Origin: an uncultured virus (IMG/VR IMGVR_UViG_3300006112_000009)
Taxonomy: Duplodnaviria > Heunggongvirae > Uroviricota > Caudoviricetes
Reading direction: 5' to 3' (one strand)
IMG/VR virus record: IMGVR_UViG_3300006112_000009
Length of the DNA stretch: 64,000 nt
In this document: one piece after another, positions 48,279 through 58,031 of the stretch
Layout: every line of letters begins with the position of its first letter
Numbering within the stretch: the stretch's first letter is position 1
The notes under the pieces: model-generated
Database searches by the model: none
Seen by the model: the letters and a program-made list of their open reading frames with translations, nothing else
Told to the model about the DNA's origin: nothing
Program-made: the position numbers and the translations under genes

Positions 48279-49016
48279 ATGGCAACATTACTAGCACAGA
48301 AATCAGGTACAACTGACAATGCGATAGCAAAGAGTGACGATCACCATGATGCATTAGCAAGTGATCCTACAGTTAGTGCATTCCCATCAGGAAGTGCATT
48401 CGGCTCAACAACACCAGCTGCATCTACAGCAGCAAGCACAAGTTCATTCGGAGGGTCTTCAAGTGGATTCGGATCAACAACAAGTACAAGTTCAGCAGGA
48501 GGCTTTGGCAGCTCCTCAAGTTTCGGTTCAACAACGTCCAACTCTTTCGGAGCATCAACGTCAGCAACAGCAGGCGGTTTCGGAGCTTCAACTGGATTTG
48601 GAGCAGCTTCAACTGGATCAACAGGTTTCGGCGCGTCAGGCGGGATGAGTGGTGGAATGCAACAAAGTTCTTTCCAATCAGTTCAAAATCAAGGAGAATC
48701 ATTGAAGTCAGGCGGCGGCGCAATGAGTGAAGGTGGAGAATCTACAGTCAAGCTAGACAAAGATGCCACTGACTGGATCAACAAAAAGATGCGCCCAATG
48801 ATGGGTTGGATCTACATGTTGACATGCACTTGCGACTTTGTATTGTTCCCAATCTTATGGTCAGTATTACAAGCAATGACACACGGTAATGTAACTAGTC
48901 AATGGCAACCATTGACACTGCAAGGTGCAGGATTGTATCACATTGCAATGGGTGCAGTTCTAGGTATCGCAGCTTATGGTCGCACAAAAGAAAAGGTTGC
49001 CGGCGTAGCTTCATAA
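48279..49016 (+). CDS. holin-like membrane protein with FG-repeat low-complexity N-terminus
   Basis: C-terminal W....RP..GW.Y, two hydrophobic helices, G..AYGRT.EK (3TM holin-like); S/T/G/F-rich region. Confidence 0.65.
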   Translation: MATLLAQKSGTTDNAIAKSDDHHDALASDPTVSAFPSGSAFGSTTPAASTAASTSSFGGSSSGFGSTTSTSSAGGFGSSSSFGSTTSNSFGASTSATAGGFGASTGFGAASTGSTGFGASGGMSGGMQQSSFQSVQNQGESLKSGGGAMSEGGESTVKLDKDATDWINKKMRPMMGWIYMLTCTCDFVLFPILWSVLQAMTHGNVTSQWQPLTLQGAGLYHIAMGAVLGIAAYGRTKEKVAGVAS

Positions 49017-49019
49017 ATA

Positions 49020-49048
49020 TTGACGAATAGCACCTAACGTGCTATACT
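49020..49048 (+). promoter_or_regulatory. sigma70-like promoter for dnaJ-clpA
   Basis: TTGACG-17 nt-TATACT. Confidence 0.7.
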
Positions 49049-49057
49049 AATAATATT

Positions 49058-49864
49058 ATGAGTGACTATTATCAAACCCTCGGGGTAGCTAACAATGCTA
49101 CCCCTGAAGACATTAAAAAAGCATATCGTAGAATGGCTGGCATTCACCACCCAGACAAGGGTGGTGATACTGCCCAGTTTCAAAAAGTTCAAGAGGCATA
49201 CGAAACCCTCTCTGATCCACAAAAACGACAACAATACGATAATCCAAATCCATTCGGTAACGGGCAAATGCCCGGTGGATTCCAACAAGGATTCCCCGGT
49301 GGATTTAGTTTCCAAATGGGTGGATTTGGTATGGATGATATCTTTAGCCAGATGTTTGGTCATCCGGGACAACGTGGTCGTCCACACCAACCCAGCTATC
49401 GCACAGTTGTTTGGGTAAGCATAGAACAGGTATACAATGGTGGCGAACAACTATTACAGATGCAGGGACAATCTAATCCAATTAAGATTGATATTCCGCG
49501 TGGTGTTGATGATGGACAAACAATGCGTTATGATAACCTCATCAAAGATGGTATACTAATCGTAGAGTTCAGAGTATACCCCAATGCCAAGTATCAACGT
49601 AATGGTCCGCACCTGCATTCAGTGCAGGATGTAAATGTTTTGGATTTGATCGTTGGTGGTAAGTTTGATTTTACTACAGTTTCGGGTGATAAAGTTGAAG
49701 TAACCATTCCACCCAATACACAACCTGGATCACAACTACGTTTAGCAGGCAAGGGCTTACCGATTAATAACGGATTTGGTGACCAAATGATATTGATGAA
49801 ACCATTTATCCCTGCTACAATAGATTCACGCATTAAAGATGCAATCACGCAATATCGTAACTAA
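49058..49864 (+). CDS. dnaJ: DnaJ/CbpA-like co-chaperone (J-domain, G/F region, C-terminal domain, no zinc finger)
   Basis: DYYQTLGV, IKKAYR, HPDKGG, AYETLSDP.KR..YD, LRL.GKG. Confidence 0.9.
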   Translation: MSDYYQTLGVANNATPEDIKKAYRRMAGIHHPDKGGDTAQFQKVQEAYETLSDPQKRQQYDNPNPFGNGQMPGGFQQGFPGGFSFQMGGFGMDDIFSQMFGHPGQRGRPHQPSYRTVVWVSIEQVYNGGEQLLQMQGQSNPIKIDIPRGVDDGQTMRYDNLIKDGILIVEFRVYPNAKYQRNGPHLHSVQDVNVLDLIVGGKFDFTTVSGDKVEVTIPPNTQPGSQLRLAGKGLPINNGFGDQMILMKPFIPATIDSRIKDAITQYRN

Positions 49865-49875
49865 GGAAAACAACC

Positions 49876-52149
49876 GTGCATTCACCAGAAATTGAGTCAA
49901 TTATTGAACATGCAATTGGCTTTGCAAAAGATCGCAATCACGAATATTGCACTGTAGAACATTTATTGTTGTCATTAATCACGCATTCTCCATTTAAAAA
50001 ATGTTTAGAGAGCTATGGCATTGATACTAACTTAATGATTAAGGAAGTGACACAATATGTTGATAGTTTACATGCCATCAGAATGAACCTTCAACCCGGA
50101 GAAACAGTTCAACCTCGCAAAACAAATGTTTTAGAACGAGTTATGAACCGTTCAGTCACGCAGGTTTTGTTTACTGGTCGTAAACAAGTTACAACCATTG
50201 ATTTGTATCTAAGCATTGCAGCAGAAGGAAATAGTCACGCACACTATTTCTTGTTGAAATATGGTATCAACAAACCAGAATTTGTTCCATTCTGGCAGAA
50301 AACTTATAAAGGTGAAAATGCAATTGTTAAACTCAGTGACGAACAAGCAGACGAAATTCTAGAAGAATACACAACCAATCTAACTAATCTTGCTAGAAAT
50401 GGTAAACTTGAACCAATGATCGGTCGTAGTAAAGAAGTTGATGATATTGTTAATGTATTAGCAAAACGATTCAAGAGTAACGTATTGATGGTGGGTGATC
50501 CTGGTGTCGGTAAAACTGCTATTGTTGAAGGTATCGCACAACAAATTGCATTAGGCGATGTTCCTGAATTCTTAGTTGGACATGATGTTTACAGTTTAGA
50601 AGTTGGTTCATTGGTTGCAGGTAGTAAATATCGCGGTGACTTTGAAGAAAAGGTCAAAGCAATCATTGACGCACTAACTACTAAAAAGAAAGCAATTTTG
50701 TTTATTGACGAAGCACATACCATGCGTGGTGCAGGATCAAGCAGTCAAAGTGGTCCAGACTTTGCTAACATGATTAAACCAGCAATTACTAAAGGTAACT
50801 TGAAAGTTATTGCTAGTACAACATGGGAAGAATTCTACGAAAGTTTTGAGAAGGATCGTGCGTTGATGCGCCGTTTCTACAAAGTTTCAGTTGATGAGCC
50901 AAGTTATGATTCAACTATTCGCATTCTAAGTGGATTGAGTGAACGATTGGACGACTTCCATAATGTTAAAATCACTGATGAAGCAATTACAGCAGCAGTT
51001 GATTGTTCCACTCGCTATATTCATGACCGTAAGAACCCAGACAAGAGTATTGACTTGTTAGACGCTGCATGTGCCAAACAACGTGTCGCTGGTAATGAAG
51101 GTGCAGTCATTACTAAAGACTTGATTTTTGACCAAGTTGAACGTATCGCAGGAGTTCCCGCAGATAAACTTAAAGACAATAACTATGAACGTATCCAAAA
51201 CTTAGATACAAACATCAAAGATAAGTTGTATGGACAATCAGAAACAGTTGACCAAGTACTAGATCGTGTCTATGTTAGCTTTGCAGGTATTGGTAATACG
51301 ACTAAACCAATGGCAAGTTTCCTGTTCTTGGGCCCAACTGGTACAGGTAAAACTGAACTAGCACGGTTATTGAGCAAAAACTTAGATATGCCATTACTCA
51401 AATATGATATGAGTGAATATGGTGAGAAGTTTAGTGTAAGTAGTTTGATTGGCGCACCCCCTGGCTATATTGGCTTCGGTGAAGGTAACTTAGGTGGCGG
51501 ACGACTAATCAATGATTTGAGTAAGAACCCGCATAGTATTTTGTTATTTGATGAAGTTGAAAAAGCTCATCCAGATATCTTCAACATCTTTTTGCAATTG
51601 CTTGATGAAGGTAAAATTACTGGTTCAAATGGTAAAGAAGTCAATGCTAAAAACTGTATTGTTATTATGACAAGTAACTTGGGTAGTGCTGATAGCGAGA
51701 AATCAGTTATTGGTTTTGGTAACACAGAGCGTACAGGTGAAGATGATAAAGCATTGAAAGAATTCTTTAAACCAGAGTTTCGCAATCGCATTGACTTGAT
51801 TTGCAAGTTCAACAAACTTGACAGCCTTGCTATCAAGAAGATTGTAGTTAAATTTACTGATGACTTGAAAAAGTCACTGAAAGATACGCACGACATTTCA
51901 ATGGCATTAAGTGAACCAGTCATTGATTACTTAGCAGAACAGGGCTACGATAGTAAGATGGGCGCACGTCCTCTTGCACGTAAAATTGATGAACTAATTC
52001 GTGTTCCATTGAGTAAGAAGATTCTTTTTGAACGTATTAGAAGTGCAAATATTACTGTAGTGATGAATGACGGTAAAGTTGATTTTGAAGTACATCAAAA
52101 AATGATTGCAGAAGTAGGCGAAGATGGCATTATTAAAATCAGCAACTAA
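49876..52149 (+). CDS. clpA: ClpA-like ATP-dependent unfoldase
   Basis: Clp N-domain (EHLLL), GDPGVGKT, FIDEAH, GPTGTGKT, DMSEY, FDEVEKAH, IGF loop, GARPL; no ClpB middle domain. Confidence 0.9.
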   Translation: MHSPEIESIIEHAIGFAKDRNHEYCTVEHLLLSLITHSPFKKCLESYGIDTNLMIKEVTQYVDSLHAIRMNLQPGETVQPRKTNVLERVMNRSVTQVLFTGRKQVTTIDLYLSIAAEGNSHAHYFLLKYGINKPEFVPFWQKTYKGENAIVKLSDEQADEILEEYTTNLTNLARNGKLEPMIGRSKEVDDIVNVLAKRFKSNVLMVGDPGVGKTAIVEGIAQQIALGDVPEFLVGHDVYSLEVGSLVAGSKYRGDFEEKVKAIIDALTTKKKAILFIDEAHTMRGAGSSSQSGPDFANMIKPAITKGNLKVIASTTWEEFYESFEKDRALMRRFYKVSVDEPSYDSTIRILSGLSERLDDFHNVKITDEAITAAVDCSTRYIHDRKNPDKSIDLLDAACAKQRVAGNEGAVITKDLIFDQVERIAGVPADKLKDNNYERIQNLDTNIKDKLYGQSETVDQVLDRVYVSFAGIGNTTKPMASFLFLGPTGTGKTELARLLSKNLDMPLLKYDMSEYGEKFSVSSLIGAPPGYIGFGEGNLGGGRLINDLSKNPHSILLFDEVEKAHPDIFNIFLQLLDEGKITGSNGKEVNAKNCIVIMTSNLGSADSEKSVIGFGNTERTGEDDKALKEFFKPEFRNRIDLICKFNKLDSLAIKKIVVKFTDDLKKSLKDTHDISMALSEPVIDYLAEQGYDSKMGARPLARKIDELIRVPLSKKILFERIRSANITVVMNDGKVDFEVHQKMIAEVGEDGIIKISN

Positions 52150-52849
52150 TTCACCGGGCGTTGACCTGCAAGAGTACCGTGACGAGTTGTACTATAGTCA
52201 ATATCAGTACCGTTGCAGGATCACGATACCTCACTTTCGTAAGGCACAATACTATACACCAGATGATTTTGAACAAGTATTATTATACCCTAAGAATAGT
52301 AAAAAATTCTCTAGGTTTGATAAGGATGAGAGAGACATTCTCACTCAACACTTACCTAGCATCAAAAAAGTATTGCAGTATAGAATTGACAGTAAAAAGA
52401 ACAAGGCTAGCAAAGTTCGCGGGGAATATGATACTATCTCTATATTCAGCAATGACCTACAATCACTGCATGATAATTTTGATAACTTAACAGATGCGTG
52501 TGTTGACTTTACTGAGGTTATCACTACCGGGTATTCGGGGGTCAAAACTTTTGCAAATGAACCTAAACACAAGTATAGAATTTATTTCAAAAGCAAACGA
52601 ATCCCAGAAGACTTCAAAGATGGATTGAAGAAAATCTTAACTACTAACACACAATTGAGACCAAGTCCTGCTCTTAAAATGTGGTTAGATCAGAAAGAAG
52701 ATAGTCAATGGTACTGGAATTTCCGTTACATGTCTAGCAGTTACTTTATTGACTATAATGACGAGAGTTATCTTAGCTATTTGGCACTAATGTATGACGG
52801 TATGCTGGGTAGAAAGTACAAATTGGAAAAGCGAGCCGATATCGTCTGA
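52124..52849 (+). CDS. hypothetical protein
   Basis: 241 aa ORF overlapping the clpA end. Confidence 0.65.
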   Translation: MALLKSATNSPGVDLQEYRDELYYSQYQYRCRITIPHFRKAQYYTPDDFEQVLLYPKNSKKFSRFDKDERDILTQHLPSIKKVLQYRIDSKKNKASKVRGEYDTISIFSNDLQSLHDNFDNLTDACVDFTEVITTGYSGVKTFANEPKHKYRIYFKSKRIPEDFKDGLKKILTTNTQLRPSPALKMWLDQKEDSQWYWNFRYMSSSYFIDYNDESYLSYLALMYDGMLGRKYKLEKRADIV

Positions 52850-52883
52850 GCATGATAAATACTCTATTAATGGAGTATTTACC

Positions 52884-53045
52884 ATGGCAAAGATTATTGA
52901 GAACGTACTAGTTGTTAAAGTCAGCAAACTAGTAAAAGAGGGAGCGGATGAGAATCTGATTCCACAAGACACCCAACAAGCATTAGAACAAGTCGCCCAA
53001 GAATTATTGGGTGATTCCGTCATTGTAGAAGTGGAACGAGCATAA
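52884..53045 (+). CDS. small hypothetical protein
   Basis: late promoter 52854-52861, GGAG RBS, ATG 52884. Confidence 0.65.
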   Translation: MAKIIENVLVVKVSKLVKEGADENLIPQDTQQALEQVAQELLGDSVIVEVERA

Positions 53046-53395
53046 TGGCACAAGCAACTACATTACTTTTGTTGCCGCAAGTTTCTTACGGAGACAGTAG
53101 CGTAGTATCCGGAACGATCACGGGTACGCAACAACAGGCAGCATCTTATTACATGGGTAATAAAGACTGGCAGACTGTCTCTTGGACATTGACAAATGTA
53201 ACAGCACTAATTTCAATACAAGCTACACTAACAGAAAATCCATCTGAAAGTGATTGGTTTACTGTATACAATTTAAGTTGTTCTACAATTAGCCAATCAA
53301 GTTTTACTAACATTCAAGGTAACTTTGTTTACATGAGAGCTAAAATAACCGGCTTTACGATTGGTGTTATTCAAAATATTAAGGTTAGTTATTAA
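53045..53395 (+). CDS. small beta-rich virion protein
   Basis: IQATL...P...DWF and GNFVYMRA resemble the C-terminal domain of ORF 2331-3077. Confidence 0.55.
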   Translation: MAQATTLLLLPQVSYGDSSVVSGTITGTQQQAASYYMGNKDWQTVSWTLTNVTALISIQATLTENPSESDWFTVYNLSCSTISQSSFTNIQGNFVYMRAKITGFTIGVIQNIKVSY

Positions 53396-53396
53396 T

Positions 53397-54116
53397 ATGA
53401 AATTGTTTGAAGGTGGAAATGTTGTACCCAACGCAGTAGCAATTAAGAAAGAAAACTTTCCTAGGGCTGTTGCAAACCTACAGAGTATTTTACCTAAAGG
53501 AATACATCTATATCCTATCGGTAGCGCAGGACATAAAGAAATTAGTTCTGACATTGATGCGTTGATTGATGCCGGTGAACTAATGACAGTTTTCCCTGCA
53601 AAAGAATTAAAACTAAGTCGTAAAGCATTAGAAGATTATCTAAAAGACAAAGGCTTATTTGCCGCACGTACTGGTGTAAGCGTTCACGTTGGTGTACCAA
53701 CTGGAGTAGGTAACGAGATTGTTCAAGTTGACTTGATGGCAGTTGAAAACGCTAACGCGGCACAGCCATTACATACTCACGATTACACTGATCCAACTAT
53801 GAAAGGTGGAACATTACATGCGATGTGGGCAGATTTAGCCAACATGAGTCATGTTGAAGGTCATCCTAGCTTAATGATGAGTCCTTATAAGGGACTAGTT
53901 GATAGAGCGACTAAAGAACTAGTAACTAACAACAAGGATCAAATTGCTAAAATCATCATTGGACCCACAGCAAGCGCAGATGATATGGGTAATCCAACAA
54001 AGATGATGAAAGCATTGCAACAATATCCTGACAAGTACAACGCAATCAAAGAGAAATATTTTGGTACTCCAACTGTACAAGAATGGTTCCGTAATACATT
54101 GGATATGTTGAAATGA
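53397..54116 (+). CDS. Pol-beta superfamily nucleotidyltransferase
   Basis: GSAG....SSDIDALID and VQVDLM; MKLFE-GG start. Confidence 0.65.
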   Translation: MKLFEGGNVVPNAVAIKKENFPRAVANLQSILPKGIHLYPIGSAGHKEISSDIDALIDAGELMTVFPAKELKLSRKALEDYLKDKGLFAARTGVSVHVGVPTGVGNEIVQVDLMAVENANAAQPLHTHDYTDPTMKGGTLHAMWADLANMSHVEGHPSLMMSPYKGLVDRATKELVTNNKDQIAKIIIGPTASADDMGNPTKMMKALQQYPDKYNAIKEKYFGTPTVQEWFRNTLDMLK

Positions 54117-55264
54117 AAATCAAAGAATTTATAACAGAAGCCGCAGCACCTAGTATTGGACGTAAGTATCAACACATTGAAGACTTAGTACTAAGTCATG
54201 GTTCTAGAGGTGGTATGCATGCCATTGAACGTATGTACCATATGGGACAAGAAGGCGGTCACATTGAATTGAAATGGGATGGCATGCCTGTTGTATATTG
54301 GGGTCGTGATGAAAAGGGAACATTCAGAATGATTCCTAAGAATGCATGGGCATATATCAAACGTGGTCAAATGCAAACTAAGAGTGGAGCACCTACATTA
54401 CCCAACAGCCCAGAAGATGTGATGAAGTTTGTAATGGGTACAGGATCTGATGATAGTTCAGGTCGTGCTGGCTTTGCTAGACAATTGGCACAATTATGGC
54501 CTATGTTTGAAAAGATTAGTCCTGAAAAAGGATACATCGAAGGTGGGTTGTTGTTCTATCCAGGCACTAAACCTGACGGTGAGTCAGCAATGCCAGTGTT
54601 CAACAAAGAAATGAACACATATGACTTTACACCAAACATCACATCATTTCATGTACCAGTAGATAGTAAGTTAGGTCAGAAGATTCAACATGCTAAAATG
54701 ATGGTAGCCGCAACAGGTTATTATCCTACAATGGATAGTGATGAGACACGTTATCCTGGAATTGAAAAACTAAGCCAACCGGGTATATTAGTGCAAGGTA
54801 CAACATATGTTGAAGAACCAGTTAGTGCCGATGATGCAGGGTTACAGAAATTAAGTCAATTCATTCAAAAGAATGCACAGTTAATTGATAATTATCTAGC
54901 TCCTAAGAAAGGTGTTAGTAAACCAGGTGGCATATTATACACATACTTGAACCAACATTTGCGTATCAAGGGATTACTAAAAGACTTTCCAACATGGGCA
55001 CAGGCTAATTTAAGTGCAGGACAATCATTAGTAATGTTACAAGACCAGCAAGGATTGAAGGCAACACTTGGTGCTGTTGAAGCATTAGGTAACGAAAAAC
55101 AAAAGATAATAAATATTCTTAGTCAAGGCTTACATGGTGGCATTAAGCAAACTAAACCTGAAGGGTATGCACAAGCACACCCAGGTGCTAAGTTTAAGAA
55201 TGATATCCCAGATCAATTTGTTAAGATGATTGACCAAGGTAATTGGTCACCGAGAAAATTATGA
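54113..55264 (+). CDS. ligase-like (KxDG) protein with capsid-targeting-like N-terminus
   Basis: MKIKEFITE; HIEDL, LKWDG, FTPN, PEGY, VK..D motifs. Confidence 0.55.
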   Translation: MKIKEFITEAAAPSIGRKYQHIEDLVLSHGSRGGMHAIERMYHMGQEGGHIELKWDGMPVVYWGRDEKGTFRMIPKNAWAYIKRGQMQTKSGAPTLPNSPEDVMKFVMGTGSDDSSGRAGFARQLAQLWPMFEKISPEKGYIEGGLLFYPGTKPDGESAMPVFNKEMNTYDFTPNITSFHVPVDSKLGQKIQHAKMMVAATGYYPTMDSDETRYPGIEKLSQPGILVQGTTYVEEPVSADDAGLQKLSQFIQKNAQLIDNYLAPKKGVSKPGGILYTYLNQHLRIKGLLKDFPTWAQANLSAGQSLVMLQDQQGLKATLGAVEALGNEKQKIINILSQGLHGGIKQTKPEGYAQAHPGAKFKNDIPDQFVKMIDQGNWSPRKL

Positions 55265-57981
55265 TACAACGTACAGGAAATAAAAGAGTTGCAGTAGTAG
55301 GATGGGGCCGTGGCATGGGACACAAAGGTCACATGTACTTGGCTAGTTCAGTCATTACTAAAGCACAATTAATGGGTGCAGACCCGTATTTCTTTATCAG
55401 CAAAACCGTTGGTAAAGATGATCCTTTATTTCCAGAAGAAAAAGTAAAAATCTATCAAAAAGTATTCCCGCAAAATGCTAAGATTTTTCAACCACAAGGT
55501 AACTTGAATCAAGCATTAACAGAGTTGGCAGAAGATGGATATCAAGGTGTAGTATTAGTTGTTGGTGCAGATCAAAAAGAAGCATTCAAATACTTAGAGA
55601 AACCAAACAAAGAAGGTGTACCTATCTATAAATCAATGGGTTTGAAAAAACTAAAAGTTATCAGTAGACAAGAAACAGGTGATAGTAGTGCTAATTTAGA
55701 AGGTCCACGTGCCACACCAATGCGTGAGATACTATTGCACCCAGAAGCAAGTGAAAAACAAAAATTCAAAGTATGGCGTGATGCTATGCCTGATGCACTA
55801 GGTGATAAAGAAGTCATGGATTTGATGCATAAAGCTGAAGCACGATTGATGGGTTCAGTTGCTAAGAAAAAGAAAATTAAAGAGTTTGTTGAAAAAGTAA
55901 AACCATTACTTAGTGAAGCATCACCAGAGCAAAAAACAAAAATATTCAACATGCTCAAAGAATACAAAGATAGTTTAGAAGAAACACGTATCTTTAATCC
56001 AAAGTCACTAGTTAATGTATATTATGTTTCACCTAATGGCAATCGTCATAAGTTAGCAAAAAGCATTCCGTATGATTTGGTTGAGAAACTATTACATGCA
56101 TTGAAAGTTAAAAAGAATATTGACATTCACATGGATGATGTCGAAGTTCGTCCTGCTGACCCCTCACAATATACAGTGAGCACCAGTCAGTTTGATGAAG
56201 GTTCAGAAGAAGCATTACAATATGCAACTAAAGCACATGCTGGGCAAACTCGTTCAGGTGGTGATCCATATATCAGTCACCCAGTTCGTGTAGCTAATCA
56301 TATCAAGCAATTTAAAAAATCACATAACCTAGATGCATTAATTAGTGCAGCATACTTACATGATACAATTGAAGATACTGACACAACACAAGAAATCTTA
56401 CACGATTTGTTTGGCGGATTAGTTGCTAGTCTTGTAATGGAACTTACAAGCGATCCAGAACAAATTAAAAAGATGGGTAAGGCTCAATATCTAGCACACA
56501 AAATGGCTGCAATGAGTAGCTATGCACTAGTTATCAAACTTGCTGATAGATTAGATAATGTGAAAGATATCACTACTGCTAAGACTCCTGAATGGAGACA
56601 CAAATATGCAACTGAGACTAATCACATCTTAGATTACATTGAGAAGCATCGTGCTTTATCAGGTACACATAACAAGTTGATTGGTATGATTCGTGCTAAG
56701 TTAGCTGATATTGACAAGCCACAACAAGATGTAGCGGAAGGTGTATTGGACAAATTCATCAAACCCAAGATGAAATTCAACATAGAAACAGCAGGTGAAG
56801 AACTTTATGTTGATGTTACATTGGGAGAAAAACAAGTGGCAGGCTTTACATTTGATATGATCGGCGATGATCTTGAAGCACAGGATATGTCTGTAAGTCC
56901 TGAATTCAGAGGGCAAGGCATCGCTCAAACAGTGTATGATATGCTCAAAGCAAAAGGCTTTAGAATCAATCGTAGTCAACACCAAACAGATGACGGTAAA
57001 CATTTTTGGGACAAGAATAAAGGCGCTGGCTCTAAAGTTTGGGAGCAAGGTGTAGCAGAAAGCAATGATGAAGTTTGGGGTCCACAAGGAAATTTCGCTG
57101 GTGATACAAAGGTTGAATTAGGTAATGTATCTATAAAACCTATCAATAAGGGCGATATGGTCAAGTATTTTGGTGAAACTGCACAAGTTGTTGAGTTATC
57201 TAAAGACAGAAAAGTTGCTAGGATAACATTTAAGAATAGAGCACTAACTCAAAATGTTAAAACATCGGATTTAACTAAGTTAGGTCAAGGTGTAGCAGAA
57301 GGCAAGAACATGCCAGACTTAGAACATGTTGGCGAAAGAGTAGTATCTGTTATGGATGCTGAACGCAGACTTGCCCATGGAGATAGAATATTTGCGTTCC
57401 ACGAAATGGATGAAGAGCCGTTTGAGATTCACAATGTCGGTGAGTTGGCAGGATATGATGCTGAACAGTTATTGGCAGTACCACAAAGTGTAGCGGAAGA
57501 AGCAGACGAACAAAAAAGCTCAAATGTCTTTCAATCTATGGGTAGTCAATTAATTGCTATGGGTAATGATGCTGATAAAATTAAAAGGCATGACCCATCA
57601 GTTATTGAAAAAGCAATTGATGCTAAATTAGAAAAAATCAATGATCCAAAACTTACACATGTTACGAAATCCTTTTTGAGTAAAGTTGTTAAGTTCAATA
57701 GAAGTAATCCAAAAACAATGGCAGCAATATTTGGATTTACCTTCTCTATTATTGCTAGAGTATCAATGCAATTTAGTCATAATATGGGACTTAGTCCAAC
57801 ACAAGCAACATTACTAATAGAAGCATTATTGCCTACATTGGGTAATTTTTTGGGTTACATTGTCAATGGGTTTAGTGTAAAAGACAGTGTACAAGCTGGA
57901 TTGATTGCTGGAACAATTGGCGTCGGCGGCACCTTGGCTGCAAGCGGTGCATTGTCTGAAGATTATTTAGACGAAAAATAA
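55261..57981 (+). CDS. modular polyprotein: cytidylyltransferase-like + HD (p)ppGpp-hydrolase-like + GNAT + further modules
   Basis: GRGMGHKGH (HxGH), VVGAD; HAGQTR..G.PY..HP, LHDTIEDT, IKLADRLDN; FRGQGIA; Q(G/D/S)VAE linkers. Confidence 0.75.
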   Translation: MIQRTGNKRVAVVGWGRGMGHKGHMYLASSVITKAQLMGADPYFFISKTVGKDDPLFPEEKVKIYQKVFPQNAKIFQPQGNLNQALTELAEDGYQGVVLVVGADQKEAFKYLEKPNKEGVPIYKSMGLKKLKVISRQETGDSSANLEGPRATPMREILLHPEASEKQKFKVWRDAMPDALGDKEVMDLMHKAEARLMGSVAKKKKIKEFVEKVKPLLSEASPEQKTKIFNMLKEYKDSLEETRIFNPKSLVNVYYVSPNGNRHKLAKSIPYDLVEKLLHALKVKKNIDIHMDDVEVRPADPSQYTVSTSQFDEGSEEALQYATKAHAGQTRSGGDPYISHPVRVANHIKQFKKSHNLDALISAAYLHDTIEDTDTTQEILHDLFGGLVASLVMELTSDPEQIKKMGKAQYLAHKMAAMSSYALVIKLADRLDNVKDITTAKTPEWRHKYATETNHILDYIEKHRALSGTHNKLIGMIRAKLADIDKPQQDVAEGVLDKFIKPKMKFNIETAGEELYVDVTLGEKQVAGFTFDMIGDDLEAQDMSVSPEFRGQGIAQTVYDMLKAKGFRINRSQHQTDDGKHFWDKNKGAGSKVWEQGVAESNDEVWGPQGNFAGDTKVELGNVSIKPINKGDMVKYFGETAQVVELSKDRKVARITFKNRALTQNVKTSDLTKLGQGVAEGKNMPDLEHVGERVVSVMDAERRLAHGDRIFAFHEMDEEPFEIHNVGELAGYDAEQLLAVPQSVAEEADEQKSSNVFQSMGSQLIAMGNDADKIKRHDPSVIEKAIDAKLEKINDPKLTHVTKSFLSKVVKFNRSNPKTMAAIFGFTFSIIARVSMQFSHNMGLSPTQATLLIEALLPTLGNFLGYIVNGFSVKDSVQAGLIAGTIGVGGTLAASGALSEDYLDEK
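56725..57499 (+). repeat. four dispersed linker repeats CAA(G/A)(G/A)TGTAGC(A/G)GAA encoding Q-x-V-A-E
   Basis: 56725-56739, 57046-57060, 57286-57300, 57484-57498; the middle two are identical over 15 nt. Confidence 0.85.
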
Positions 57982-58031
57982 TTTCACCCCCTCTTTATTG
58001 TGTAAATATCTTTATCTTTAAAGAGGACCTT

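Noticed and set aside
56725..57499. CRISPR-like array from the 15-nt repeats
   Set aside because: Repeats are too short, spacers are about 180-310 nt and in-frame coding, and no cas operon is present; the PD-(D/E)XK nuclease at 9046 is a common phage gene.
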